From a virus (Duplodnaviria > Caudoviricetes), in IMG/VR virus record IMGVR_UViG_3300048881_000224, positions 1 to 27,462 of that record: a stretch of DNA of 27,462 nucleotides, one strand, 5' to 3'. The position numbers and the translations under genes are program-made. Each line of letters opens with the position of its first letter. Position 1 is the stretch's first letter. The notes under the pieces were generated by a model. The model worked only from the letters and a program-made list of their open reading frames with translations, was not told the DNA's origin and did not search any database. Below, piece by piece: positions 16,063-25,201 of the stretch.

Positions 16063-16932
16063 ATGAGCAACAATGATGAAATGAAAAAAGGCGATCTTCC
16101 TCTTAAGCCCTCAAGTCTTGAAACTATAGACTTTTCTTTATATGAGTGGCTTAACGATAAAATGGATATTCATTGTACCACCAATGAAGGGTGGAAAAAG
16201 GTTCCCGTTGTGTGGGTCATTGGTGAACGTTCCGGCCAACGTGCTGATGGAATACGCACAAAATCAGGAATGATAAGCTTTCCCTTAATTACGATAGAGA
16301 GAGTATCCGTGGCAAAAGATCCAAGCTTCAAAGGAATGTATTATGGAAACATTGATCCCATTTCAAATCCAAAGGCTGGCTCTATTACTATAAGACGACG
16401 AGTCAAACAAGATAAAACACAAAACTTTCTTAATGCAGATTCAGCTAGACGTTTTGGAGTTGATGGAGTTGTGGAACCAACGGGAGGTCAACAAAACTTT
16501 CCAAGCAACAAGAAAGATAAAAAAATTGTTTATGAAACGTTTACTATTCCGATGCCTGTTTATTTGACGATGATGTATAAGATAACTATTCAAACTGAAT
16601 ATCAACAACAAATGAATGAGATTATGTCTCCTTTTGCATCCGACCCTGGTGGAATAAATTATTTTATTACAGAAAAGGATGGCTATCGTTATGAATGTTT
16701 TATGGACGCTGACTTTGGTCAGCAAAACAATATTGGAAATTTGGGAGAAGAAAGGCGACAATATATTTCGGCTATCAATATTAAAACACTAGGATATATT
16801 ATAGGGGCAGGAAAAAATCAAGCTACTCCCAAGCTAGCTCCGAGAGAAAATGCTGTGGAACTAAGAACACCAAGAGAAGAAGTTATTTTTGGTGATGCTG
16901 CTCCTTGGCTCAAGGGAAAGTATAGAGAATAA
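16063..16932 (+). CDS. Tail terminator/sheath stabiliser (gp15-like)
   Basis: KVPVVW, FPLITIER and PMPVYLTMMYKITIQTEYQQQMNEI patterns. Directly before the sheath gene. Confidence 0.65.
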   Translation: MSNNDEMKKGDLPLKPSSLETIDFSLYEWLNDKMDIHCTTNEGWKKVPVVWVIGERSGQRADGIRTKSGMISFPLITIERVSVAKDPSFKGMYYGNIDPISNPKAGSITIRRRVKQDKTQNFLNADSARRFGVDGVVEPTGGQQNFPSNKKDKKIVYETFTIPMPVYLTMMYKITIQTEYQQQMNEIMSPFASDPGGINYFITEKDGYRYECFMDADFGQQNNIGNLGEERRQYISAINIKTLGYIIGAGKNQATPKLAPRENAVELRTPREEVIFGDAAPWLKGKYRE

Positions 16933-16961
16933 CATTTCCAATGCGATTCAGCGAATAGCAT

Positions 16962-16969
16962 ACTATTTA
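16962..16969 (+). promoter_or_regulatory. Putative late promoter motif ACTATTTA (sheath unit)
   Basis: Intergenic, 43 nt before ATG 17013. AAGGAG SD at 16997-17002. Confidence 0.6.
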
Positions 16970-17012
16970 TTAGAGATCAAAAAGTATTTATTCAAGAAGG
17001 AGAAAACCATAA

Positions 17013-20009
17013 ATGCCCATAAATAAATTTAAATTTGTATCCCCAGGAGTTCAAGTCGCAGAGATCGACAATTCACAACTTCCTGCGGAACCCACGGCGG
17101 CCGGACCAGTTATCATCGGTCGAGCTGAACGTGGACCAGCGATGCAACCTACTGAGGTTAATTCTTTTTCAGAATTTGTGACCATGTTCGGTATGCCTTG
17201 GCCTGGACGAGACACCAATGATATTTGGAGAAATGGAAACAAAATGGCTCCTTCTTATGGTGTATATGCAGCGCAAGCCTACTTGCGTAATAGTTCTCCT
17301 CTTACATTTGTTAGACTCTTAGGAAAAGAAAATGCTGATGCGGTCGCAGGTGATCAGGCACAAGGAGCCGCAGGATGGCAAGTTGGTGATGATTCAACTT
17401 GTACGGGAACGCTTGCTTCTACTGATTGCGGTGGTAACTATGCATTGTTCCTTTTTGATAGCGCGACACCTGATGCTGCGGTGCCAAGGTCTGGTACACT
17501 GGCAGCAGTTTGGTATTGTGAATCAGGAGCAATCACACTGGAAGGTGATGGTATCGGCGGCACGCCGGAATCCGGCACGGCAGGTTTGATTGAGACAGTT
17601 GGCGATAACTGGGAATTCACCGCGTTAGTTAAAGGCGCGGCGGGAACAGCCAACGAAAAGATTAATTTCAACTTAAATCGTAATTCTCAAAAATATATTA
17701 GAAAAGTTTTCAATACGAACCCAACTACAATCAATGAAAGAATTTCAGCGGTAAGTGGCACCAACGCACAATATTGGTTGGGCGAAACTTATGAGCGTGA
17801 GGCTAACCGTTTGGCACAAGGACTCACCTTGGCAGCGGGCTCACAGTGCGGAATGATTTTGCGCTTGGCAACAAATGCCGCGCCCGTCATCGAACAAAAC
17901 AAAAGAACTCGTGAAGCTGTGCCAGCCGAATCTGGTTGGGTTGTGGGACAATATCTTGGAAACCATGCTACTTTTGATGTTGATGATGTAAATCTTGTTC
18001 CAAGACTTTTCAAGGTCAAAAGCCAAAACGCGGGCGCATGGGAAAGCCAAAATTTTAAAATTTCTATTGCTGATATCGCAGCCTCTACATCACCGGCTAA
18101 TCCTTATGGAACGTTTACGGTGGAAGTTCGTAAAGCTGATGATAGCGATGCCGCACCAGAATACGTTGAACGGTTCGGCTTATGCAATCTTAATCCAACT
18201 TCTCCAAATTATGTTGGCAGAAAGGTTGGCGACAGGTTTAAGGTGTGGGACGCTGATGCTGGTCGCTATCGCGAGTACGGAGACTATCCGAATCAATCTA
18301 AATATGTTTATGTTCAGGTTCACGACAATGTGGCAAACAGTATGCTCAATGAAGAATATGTTCCATTTGGGTTTGAAGCTCCGTCACGTTGGAAGTCATG
18401 GGCTTTTGATGAGGACTCGACACAGCCCGAAGAAACAGACTTGGCTACAGGCATGGCCAGTGAGGCATATTCGACTGGGTTCTTAGATTTGGTTGATTCA
18501 TTATCCGACGAACACGATGGTGGCGGCCACGAAATCATTTGGACCGATAGTCAGGATTTCGTCGGACACATTCGGTATCCTCAAATTGATTATCGTGAAG
18601 CTAGTAACTTAGGTGGACTTCCTAGTCCGTCCGATGCTTACTTTGGATACAGTACGGGTCGAAGTGGTTCTATCAATAATTACGAGGAATCAAATATCGA
18701 TGTGATGAGAGCATTTCCATTCAATATGACAGCCCACGGTATTGCTCGTGGCGATACAGACGATCATCAAACAGGAACAATTTTTTGGACCAATCACGAG
18801 TATGTCGGGATTACAAATGATGAAATCCCTAGCACATTTACCTTGGATGATCTGAGTGCGAGTGCTGCGGGCTCTAGTCATGCTCAATGGGTGCCCGGTA
18901 GTAAACTAGCTGGCACTTCGTTGACGGTTCCTCTTGGGGCCGATAATTGGACAAATGTTTTATCACAAGGTTTCAGTCAGTTTACAATGCCGTTCTTCGG
19001 TGGATTTGATGGAGAGAATATTGTTGAATCGAATCCTTTTAATTCTCAAGTGTGTCAAAACGTTAGTGATGCAGAACTAAATTACGCTTACAATAGTGTA
19101 AAGATGGCAATTGATACAGTCGCAGACCCAGAACTTGTAAATTCTAATCTGATGTCTGTGCCAGGTAATTATTGCGAAGGCATTACGAACCATTTGCTCA
19201 CTACATGCGAGAAGCGAGCCGACAGCTTGGCAGTCATGGATTTACTTGGTGGCTATGTACCAAACGAATGTGCGAAACCGACGACAGATGCAACGGGAGC
19301 ACCGGAAAACCGAGGCTCAATCGCGGCAACTGTAAGTAACTTACAGGCTCGCGGTCTTAATTCGAGTTATGGTACTGCGTATTATCCGTGGGTTCAACTA
19401 CGAGATGGGGAGTCATCTCAAATGTTTTATGCACCACCGTCGATTGCGGCAATTGGAACTTATTCCAGTGCTCAAAATAGTTCGGAAGTGTGGTTTGCAC
19501 CAGCAGGATTTACGCGAGGTGGACTAACAGAAGGTTCGGCCGGTATTCCGGTAGTGGGTGTGTCGGAGCGATTGAGTTCGACTGACCGAGACACTTTGTA
19601 TGACGCAAACATTAATCCTATCGCAACATTTCCAGCAGAAGGAATTGTGGTGTTCGGACAAAAGACGCTTCAAGTAACTCCGTCCGCTTTGGACAGAGTG
19701 AATGTACGCCGACTGATGATTTATGTAAAGAAAGAAATTTCGAAGATGGCAGCAACCTTGTTGTTTGACCAGAACGTAGCTTCTACTTGGGCAAGATTCA
19801 CAGGACAAGCGAACCCATTTTTGGAAAGTATCAAACAACGATTAGGTCTTGAGGCATATAAGGTTGTGCTTGATACAAGCACTACAACACCGGACTTGAT
19901 TGATAGAAATATAATGTATGCCAAGATTTTCTTGAAGCCCGCACGAGCTATTGAATTTATTGCGATTGACTTCGTAATTACAAATGCAGGAGCATCATTT
20001 GAGGACTAA
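17013..20009 (+). CDS. gp18: Contractile tail sheath protein (gp18-like)
   Basis: FVSPGVQVAEID N-terminus. Conserved C-terminal YYPWV, WFAPAGFTRG, INPIATF, FGQKTLQ, LDRVNVRRL, KPARAIEFIAIDF. Confidence 0.95.
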   Translation: MPINKFKFVSPGVQVAEIDNSQLPAEPTAAGPVIIGRAERGPAMQPTEVNSFSEFVTMFGMPWPGRDTNDIWRNGNKMAPSYGVYAAQAYLRNSSPLTFVRLLGKENADAVAGDQAQGAAGWQVGDDSTCTGTLASTDCGGNYALFLFDSATPDAAVPRSGTLAAVWYCESGAITLEGDGIGGTPESGTAGLIETVGDNWEFTALVKGAAGTANEKINFNLNRNSQKYIRKVFNTNPTTINERISAVSGTNAQYWLGETYEREANRLAQGLTLAAGSQCGMILRLATNAAPVIEQNKRTREAVPAESGWVVGQYLGNHATFDVDDVNLVPRLFKVKSQNAGAWESQNFKISIADIAASTSPANPYGTFTVEVRKADDSDAAPEYVERFGLCNLNPTSPNYVGRKVGDRFKVWDADAGRYREYGDYPNQSKYVYVQVHDNVANSMLNEEYVPFGFEAPSRWKSWAFDEDSTQPEETDLATGMASEAYSTGFLDLVDSLSDEHDGGGHEIIWTDSQDFVGHIRYPQIDYREASNLGGLPSPSDAYFGYSTGRSGSINNYEESNIDVMRAFPFNMTAHGIARGDTDDHQTGTIFWTNHEYVGITNDEIPSTFTLDDLSASAAGSSHAQWVPGSKLAGTSLTVPLGADNWTNVLSQGFSQFTMPFFGGFDGENIVESNPFNSQVCQNVSDAELNYAYNSVKMAIDTVADPELVNSNLMSVPGNYCEGITNHLLTTCEKRADSLAVMDLLGGYVPNECAKPTTDATGAPENRGSIAATVSNLQARGLNSSYGTAYYPWVQLRDGESSQMFYAPPSIAAIGTYSSAQNSSEVWFAPAGFTRGGLTEGSAGIPVVGVSERLSSTDRDTLYDANINPIATFPAEGIVVFGQKTLQVTPSALDRVNVRRLMIYVKKEISKMAATLLFDQNVASTWARFTGQANPFLESIKQRLGLEAYKVVLDTSTTTPDLIDRNIMYAKIFLKPARAIEFIAIDFVITNAGASFED

Positions 20010-20022
20010 AAAGAATAATGAT

Positions 20023-20030
20023 ACTAATTA
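20023..20030 (+). promoter_or_regulatory. Putative late promoter motif ACTAATTA (tube unit)
   Basis: Intergenic, 22 nt before ATG 20053. AAGGAG SD at 20038-20043. Confidence 0.6.
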
Positions 20031-20052
20031 GAGAAGCAAGGAGAATAAGATA

Positions 20053-20655
20053 ATGGCAGCAGCAGGTGGTGGAACTGATTTTTGGCAAAACAGTAGCCTA
20101 GAGCCCAAAAGGGCATTTAAATTTTTATTAAGGATTTCGGGAAATCAAACATTTGGTGTAAAACAATTCTTGATCAAGAAGGTTACAAAGCCAAGTTTTA
20201 CAATTTCCGAAAGCGAACATAAATATCTTAATCATTCATTTTATTTTCCTGGTAAAGTAACGTGGAACGAAATTTCATTTACGATTGTTGATACTTTGGG
20301 GATGGCTGATGGCACGGCCTCAATGGTAAGACTCTTTAAGGAAATGGGTTATGACCTACCTTCTAACCCCGATGCACAAGGCGCAGACGCGCAAGCAGCA
20401 CTTAGGACCATTTCAAAGAAATCAGCGGTGGCAGCTATGGGACAAATCGAAATTGTCCAACTTGATTCTGATGGAATCGAGCGCGAAATTTGGAAACTAA
20501 ATGGCGCGTGGTTCAAGGATGTTAAGTTTGGCGACCTTGATTATGATAGCGAAGATATGTTGAATGTCGAAGTTTCAGTTCGATACGATAACGCGGATCT
20601 CAAAAGCTCGGGCGGTTCTAACGATCCGGCACCCAAGCCCATTCTAGGAAGCTAG
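20053..20655 (+). CDS. gp19: Tail tube protein (gp19-like)
   Basis: EPKRAFKF, KPSF, FPGKVTWNEISFT, WKLNGAWFKDVKFGDLDY, VSVRYD. Follows the sheath gene. Confidence 0.88.
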   Translation: MAAAGGGTDFWQNSSLEPKRAFKFLLRISGNQTFGVKQFLIKKVTKPSFTISESEHKYLNHSFYFPGKVTWNEISFTIVDTLGMADGTASMVRLFKEMGYDLPSNPDAQGADAQAALRTISKKSAVAAMGQIEIVQLDSDGIEREIWKLNGAWFKDVKFGDLDYDSEDMLNVEVSVRYDNADLKSSGGSNDPAPKPILGS

Positions 20656-20690
20656 AATTTTTAACTTACAACAAGATATGAGAGGTATAC

Positions 20691-21542
20691 ATGTCACGAA
20701 ATAACGAGGAACGACTCGGTATTAAAGATGAAGGACAAAATCCCCCGATCCCAGAAGTAAGCAATAGTGCATCTCCATTACAGTTTGTAGCCCCTACAGA
20801 ATTTGTTGACCTACCAACACAGGGTAAATTTTATCCTGAAGGTCATCCCTTGTATCAAAAGGATACTGTAGAAATTCGCTACATGACTGCAAAGGATGAA
20901 GATATTTTAACTTCAAAAACTTTACTCAAGAAAGGTATTGCAGTTGATCGAATGTTATCAAACATTATGATTGATAAAAATATAAAGATTGATGAATTGT
21001 TTGTGGGAGATAAAAATGCGATTATTGTTTCGGCAAGGATTAGCGGTTATGGTCCAGATTATAAAACAAGTGTAACGTGTCCGTCGTGTGCGGCATCTGC
21101 TGAGAACGAATTTGATTTAAATGCGGTCTTGGAAAAAGGAAATGCCACCACGTATGAGGATATTGAAATTGCAAAGGATGGCACCTTTTCAATTAAGTTA
21201 CCAAAAAGCCAAGTTGAGGCGCGATGTCGCCTTGTGACTGGAATGGATGAAAAACGCCTGGAAGCAAGTGCAGAAAAAAGAAAGAAGCACAAACTTCCAG
21301 AAAACACTCTTACCCAGTTAATTAAGTCATTAGTTGTTTCCCTTAATGGAGAAACAGACAGGGGGGTGGTCGAGAAGTTTATCGAACAAATGCCCGCTTT
21401 AGATTCAAAATATTTGCGAGCCGTTTATAACAAGGTGGTTCCGAATGTTGACATGAAACATTTATATTCATGTGAATCTTGCGGTGCAGATACAACTCTC
21501 ACCATTCCCTTTTCAGTCAACTTTTTTTGGCCTAACGAATGA
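20691..21542 (+). CDS. Baseplate hub/tail assembly chaperone (T4 gp26-like) with two CxxC motifs
   Basis: VDLPTQGKFYP, IRYMTAKDEDIL, GDKNAIIVSARISGYG, CPSC and CESC. Ends FFWPNE over a T7 run. Confidence 0.75.
   Translation: MSRNNEERLGIKDEGQNPPIPEVSNSASPLQFVAPTEFVDLPTQGKFYPEGHPLYQKDTVEIRYMTAKDEDILTSKTLLKKGIAVDRMLSNIMIDKNIKIDELFVGDKNAIIVSARISGYGPDYKTSVTCPSCAASAENEFDLNAVLEKGNATTYEDIEIAKDGTFSIKLPKSQVEARCRLVTGMDEKRLEASAEKRKKHKLPENTLTQLIKSLVVSLNGETDRGVVEKFIEQMPALDSKYLRAVYNKVVPNVDMKHLYSCESCGADTTLTIPFSVNFFWPNE
21522..21530 (+). other. Putative programmed frameshift site TTT TTT TGG (+1 or -2)
   Basis: T7 run at 21522-21528. Zero frame reads F-F-W-P-N-E-stop. The +1 frame reads F-F-G-L-T-N-E... and stays open to 21729 with no in-frame ATG. 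Confidence 0.65.
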
Positions 21543-21729
21543 GTATATAAAAAATGTGTATGAGCAATTCTTCTTGTTGAAATATCATGGAGGTTGGTCA
21601 TTCATCGAAGCTTATAGTTTGCCAATTGGTTTGCGCACTTGGTTTGTGGAACGTCTTCAGAAACAATTTGAGGATGAGAAAAAACAATATGATGCAGCCG
21701 AGCGCAAGGCTAAATCTCGTTCACGCTAA
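21523..21729 (+). CDS. gp51-like short tail-assembly domain, probably the frameshifted C-terminal extension of the upstream gene
   Basis: LLKYHGGWSFIEAYSLPIGLRTWFVERLQKQFEDE resembles the short post-gp26 ORFs of T4-like phages. Only GTG/TTG starts without an SD are available. Confidence 0.6.
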   Translation, partial: FFGLTNEYIKNVYEQFFLLKYHGGWSFIEAYSLPIGLRTWFVERLQKQFEDEKKQYDAAERKAKSRSR

Positions 21730-21741
21730 ACACTAATTAGG

Positions 21742-21776
21742 AACCCCCTCGCATATAGGTGTGCAGGGGGTTTTTT
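21742..21776 (+). terminator. Rho-independent terminator
   Basis: AACCCCCT-C-GCATA-TAGG-TGTGC-AGGGGGTT stem-loop running into a T tract. Confidence 0.85.
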
Positions 21777-21789
21777 ATTTATATTTCGC

Positions 21790-21797
21790 ACTATTTA
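21790..21797 (+). promoter_or_regulatory. Putative late promoter motif ACTATTTA (tape measure/baseplate unit)
   Basis: Just downstream of the terminator, 33 nt before ATG 21831. Confidence 0.6.
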
Positions 21798-21830
21798 GTG
21801 TTAAATAAACTAACAGAGGGGTTTGATAAG

Positions 21831-22160
21831 ATGGAAGAAAATGAAAATGATTTAACTGAAATTGTAATAGATTTTACTCAAAAGGATACAATGAACGAAA
21901 GCTTTCTTAGAATGATGGGCTTCGGCATTAAAGCCATTTTGAATAGAATGTTTGGGGGGTCTGCAATCCCTGTGTCTGTCCGAGGAAATCCTGGCGACGT
22001 GAAGTCTTTTGCTCGTACTTTAGGAAGCGAGCGAAGATATATGGATGCCTACAGAAAATATGGCTTGGACAACCCGAGAACCTATAAAAGCAAATCCCAA
22101 CTTGATCGAGCGACCAAAGATTTTAGTCGCAAGACCGGAGTCAAATGGCCATTTAAATAA
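21831..22160 (+). CDS. Hypothetical protein (109 aa)
   Basis: Start moved to ATG 21831 (GAGGGG upstream) because the listed start at 21759 lies inside the terminator. Acidic N-terminus, basic C-terminus. Confidence 0.65.
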   Translation: MEENENDLTEIVIDFTQKDTMNESFLRMMGFGIKAILNRMFGGSAIPVSVRGNPGDVKSFARTLGSERRYMDAYRKYGLDNPRTYKSKSQLDRATKDFSRKTGVKWPFK

Positions 22161-22193
22161 AATCACAGTTCATCCTTTTGGAATTAAAAAATT

Positions 22194-25178
22194 ATGGCAT
22201 CACGCGACGAAGAAAAACTAGCAGCTAAACAAGCATTAAAATCGCTTGATGCGGAACTCGCAAAACTGCGAGATGCCGAAATCAAAGACGTAGATGCGAT
22301 CAATGCGCGTCTTAAAGAGCGGGCAAAACTCGAAAACGATCTTAAAGAAACTGCTGAAGATCGCGCTCTTATCGCAGCGAAAGAACTTGAAAACGCTGCC
22401 GACAATTTAAGGATAATGGAAAGGGTTGCCGAACTCGATGGAGATCGGGAAGGCTTACAAGACGTTCTTCTTGCGCAAAGTGATGCCGCTGTTAAATTAA
22501 AACAAGCTGAATTAGAGGTTCTTATTGAACAGGTTAAAAATGGTGAGAAAACTGAAGAACAAATAATTAAAAAGAAAAAAGATCTTGAAGACGAACTAGC
22601 AACTTTACAGGCACAAGATAAATTATTAAACGATCAAAAGAAAGCCTATGAGGAGATTGGCGATAAAGTAGCCGGAACACTAGGCGGCATGGCTGGCATG
22701 AAGCAAGCATCGGAATCTTTGGTGGGTCAATTGTTTTTGGCGGGCGGTGCGGCTGGTGGAATGGAAGGTGCTTTGAGCAATATTGGCAAAAGTTTGAAAG
22801 CTACATTTTCACCGGCAAACGTCATGTATAACCTGATGGAAAAAGTTGGGGAAGCTTCAATGGCAGCTTTTATTAGCACCGATCAGTTTAGAGCAGACCT
22901 AGCCAAAGCTGGCGCATCTCTTGATCAGTATGGTGGAATGATGCAAGACGTGAGCGCGGACACTCAAGCCGCTGGCGCAAGCATGAAAGATACGCAGCAA
23001 GCAATTTTGGGATTACATGCTGGCATGGCTGGATTCAATACCATGGCGGAAGCCGACCAGAAAACCTTAGTTGCAACTACTGCTGTGATGAGCAAGCTAG
23101 GGGTGGACGCTGCAACAAGTGCGGGTAACTTAAACATTCTTACTAAATCTATGGGCTTGCTACCACAAGAAGCAGACAAAGCCAACAAAGAAATGGCGGC
23201 AACGGCAAATGCTCTGGGTGTTAGTCAAGCAAAAATGGCAGCGGACTTCGCTGCGGCCGCACCTCAATTATCTGCACATGGTTCTGCGGGTGTTCAAGTA
23301 TTTAGAAAATTAGCTGCACAATCTAAAGCAACCGGAATTGAAATGAGCACGTTGTTAGGTATCGCAGGACAGTTTGATACCTTCGAAGGATCAGCGGAAG
23401 CGGCAGGAAAACTAAATGCTGTTTTGGGAACACAAATTAATAGTATCGATCTTCTGACTGCTACTGAAGACGAGCGAATTAAGATACTACGCGACTCCGT
23501 AGATGCAAGTGGAAAATCATGGGAGTCGATGAACAAGTTTGAGAAACAAATGGTAGCATCGGCAGCGGGCATTAGTGATGTCAATGAAGCCGGAAAACTG
23601 TTTGGAACAACCGCACGAGAAATGGAAAATGCTGCTAATGCTGCTGAAAAAATGGCACTTGCGGATAAAGAACTTCAAGCGCAAGCAGCAAACGCATCTA
23701 CCGCAAAAGAAAAACTAACATTGATTGCTGAAAGATTTGGGGTGGTAATGATTCCCTTAATTGATGGGGTGCATTTCTTGCTTGATGGTATTTTATTGCT
23801 AAACCAAGGCTTCGGCGGCTATCTTATTCCCACGCTTATAGGCTTTCTTGGGGTGATATTTCTTATTCACAAGGCACAACAAGCTTGGATTGCTATTCAA
23901 AAGTCTAGTATCGCTTTGAGTATACTTCAATGGACGTGGAGCAAGATAAAAAGAATCGGTGCGCTTTTAATGATACCTATCTTATGGGCATTGAGTTTTG
24001 CTAAAGATAAAGAGACAATATCAACTATTGCAAATACCGCGTCTGATGCCGCAAGTATTCCCGTTAAAAAAGTTTCTAACGAAGTCACAAAACAATCGAT
24101 AGGACCGACCCTGGCGTTTGGTTTTGCCATGCTTATGCTTGGCGGAGGGATTTTTCTTGCAGCTTACGGAATGTCTTTATTTGTAAAAGCTTTTTCTACA
24201 CTTCCACCGGGTATGATTTGGGGTGTCGTCGCAGCTCTTGCAGTTTTTGCAGTAACCATGGTTATACTTGCATTAATTATGAGCACCCTCGGTGCGGCTG
24301 CGGTAGGTCCAATGCTAGCTTTTGGATTTGCCTTTTTGATGATAGGTGCTGGCGTGATGTTAGCAGCAATTGGTTTCGCTTTGGTTATAACAGCTTTGGG
24401 AGAGTTTTTCGGTATTTTAGCGGCGAATTTTATGATCATTCCGCTCGTCGCACTAGGAATAGTGATGTTGGGCTTGTCACTATACGTGTTGGCTGGAGGA
24501 ATGGTTGCGCTTGCCTTCGCGACACCAGCTATGATTACCGTCGCGTTCGGCTTGCTTATATTATCGGTAGCTGTATTTGAGATGGGGATTGCGATGATGA
24601 TTATGGCCGTCGCCGTAGCTATAGTTGCAATATCAATGCCTATAATTGTTAGTTCTTTAGAGAGACTAAGTCTGATCGGCTCTGCTTTAACCGAAGCCGC
24701 CCTGGGGATGGGTTTGTTAGTTTTAGCATTTGGTGGTTTGGCAATTTTATCTCTTTTCATTACCCCCATTGTTATAATGGTGGGTGTGCTAACCTTGGGT
24801 ATTTTGGCTTTGGCTTCCGCCTTGTCCCTTATTAAAACAGATGATTTACGTGCCGTCGCTGATATGGCTATGGGGATTGGATCGATTACTATTGAAAGCG
24901 CACAGGCATTTGATAATGCTATGGTCAGCACAAGAGAAGCAGTTGTGGCTATTGCCAGCGAACCGGAAGCATCGACACTATTGGCAAACACAGCAAACGC
25001 CTTTGCCGCGCAAAAGGCCGGGGCGGCTGGTGCCGGTGGCGCGGGTGGCGCGGGCGGTGCGGCTGGCGCAACCCCTGCGGGCGAGCGAACAATTATATTA
25101 AAACTAGACAAGAGAGAATTTGGTCGAGCGGTAATAAATATATTCGAGAAAGAGCAAGATTTAAACAGGGTGAAGTAA
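22194..25178 (+). CDS. Tail tape measure protein
   Basis: 994 aa: N-terminal coiled coil, Ala/Gly-rich helical core and a long hydrophobic C-terminal region. Lies between the chaperone and baseplate genes. Confidence 0.85.
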   Translation: MASRDEEKLAAKQALKSLDAELAKLRDAEIKDVDAINARLKERAKLENDLKETAEDRALIAAKELENAADNLRIMERVAELDGDREGLQDVLLAQSDAAVKLKQAELEVLIEQVKNGEKTEEQIIKKKKDLEDELATLQAQDKLLNDQKKAYEEIGDKVAGTLGGMAGMKQASESLVGQLFLAGGAAGGMEGALSNIGKSLKATFSPANVMYNLMEKVGEASMAAFISTDQFRADLAKAGASLDQYGGMMQDVSADTQAAGASMKDTQQAILGLHAGMAGFNTMAEADQKTLVATTAVMSKLGVDAATSAGNLNILTKSMGLLPQEADKANKEMAATANALGVSQAKMAADFAAAAPQLSAHGSAGVQVFRKLAAQSKATGIEMSTLLGIAGQFDTFEGSAEAAGKLNAVLGTQINSIDLLTATEDERIKILRDSVDASGKSWESMNKFEKQMVASAAGISDVNEAGKLFGTTAREMENAANAAEKMALADKELQAQAANASTAKEKLTLIAERFGVVMIPLIDGVHFLLDGILLLNQGFGGYLIPTLIGFLGVIFLIHKAQQAWIAIQKSSIALSILQWTWSKIKRIGALLMIPILWALSFAKDKETISTIANTASDAASIPVKKVSNEVTKQSIGPTLAFGFAMLMLGGGIFLAAYGMSLFVKAFSTLPPGMIWGVVAALAVFAVTMVILALIMSTLGAAAVGPMLAFGFAFLMIGAGVMLAAIGFALVITALGEFFGILAANFMIIPLVALGIVMLGLSLYVLAGGMVALAFATPAMITVAFGLLILSVAVFEMGIAMMIMAVAVAIVAISMPIIVSSLERLSLIGSALTEAALGMGLLVLAFGGLAILSLFITPIVIMVGVLTLGILALASALSLIKTDDLRAVADMAMGIGSITIESAQAFDNAMVSTREAVVAIASEPEASTLLANTANAFAAQKAGAAGAGGAGGAGGAAGATPAGERTIILKLDKREFGRAVINIFEKEQDLNRVK

Positions 25179-25201
25179 TAGTTACTGAGTGGTATTTTAT
25201 A

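Noticed and set aside
21759-21830. GTG start and N-terminal extension of ORF 21759..22160
   Set aside because: It starts inside the terminator hairpin and spans the promoter motif. ATG 21831 is more plausible.
24164-25111. 315-aa minus-strand Ala/Ile/Pro-rich ORF
   Set aside because: Antisense shadow of the hydrophobic, biased-codon TMP region.
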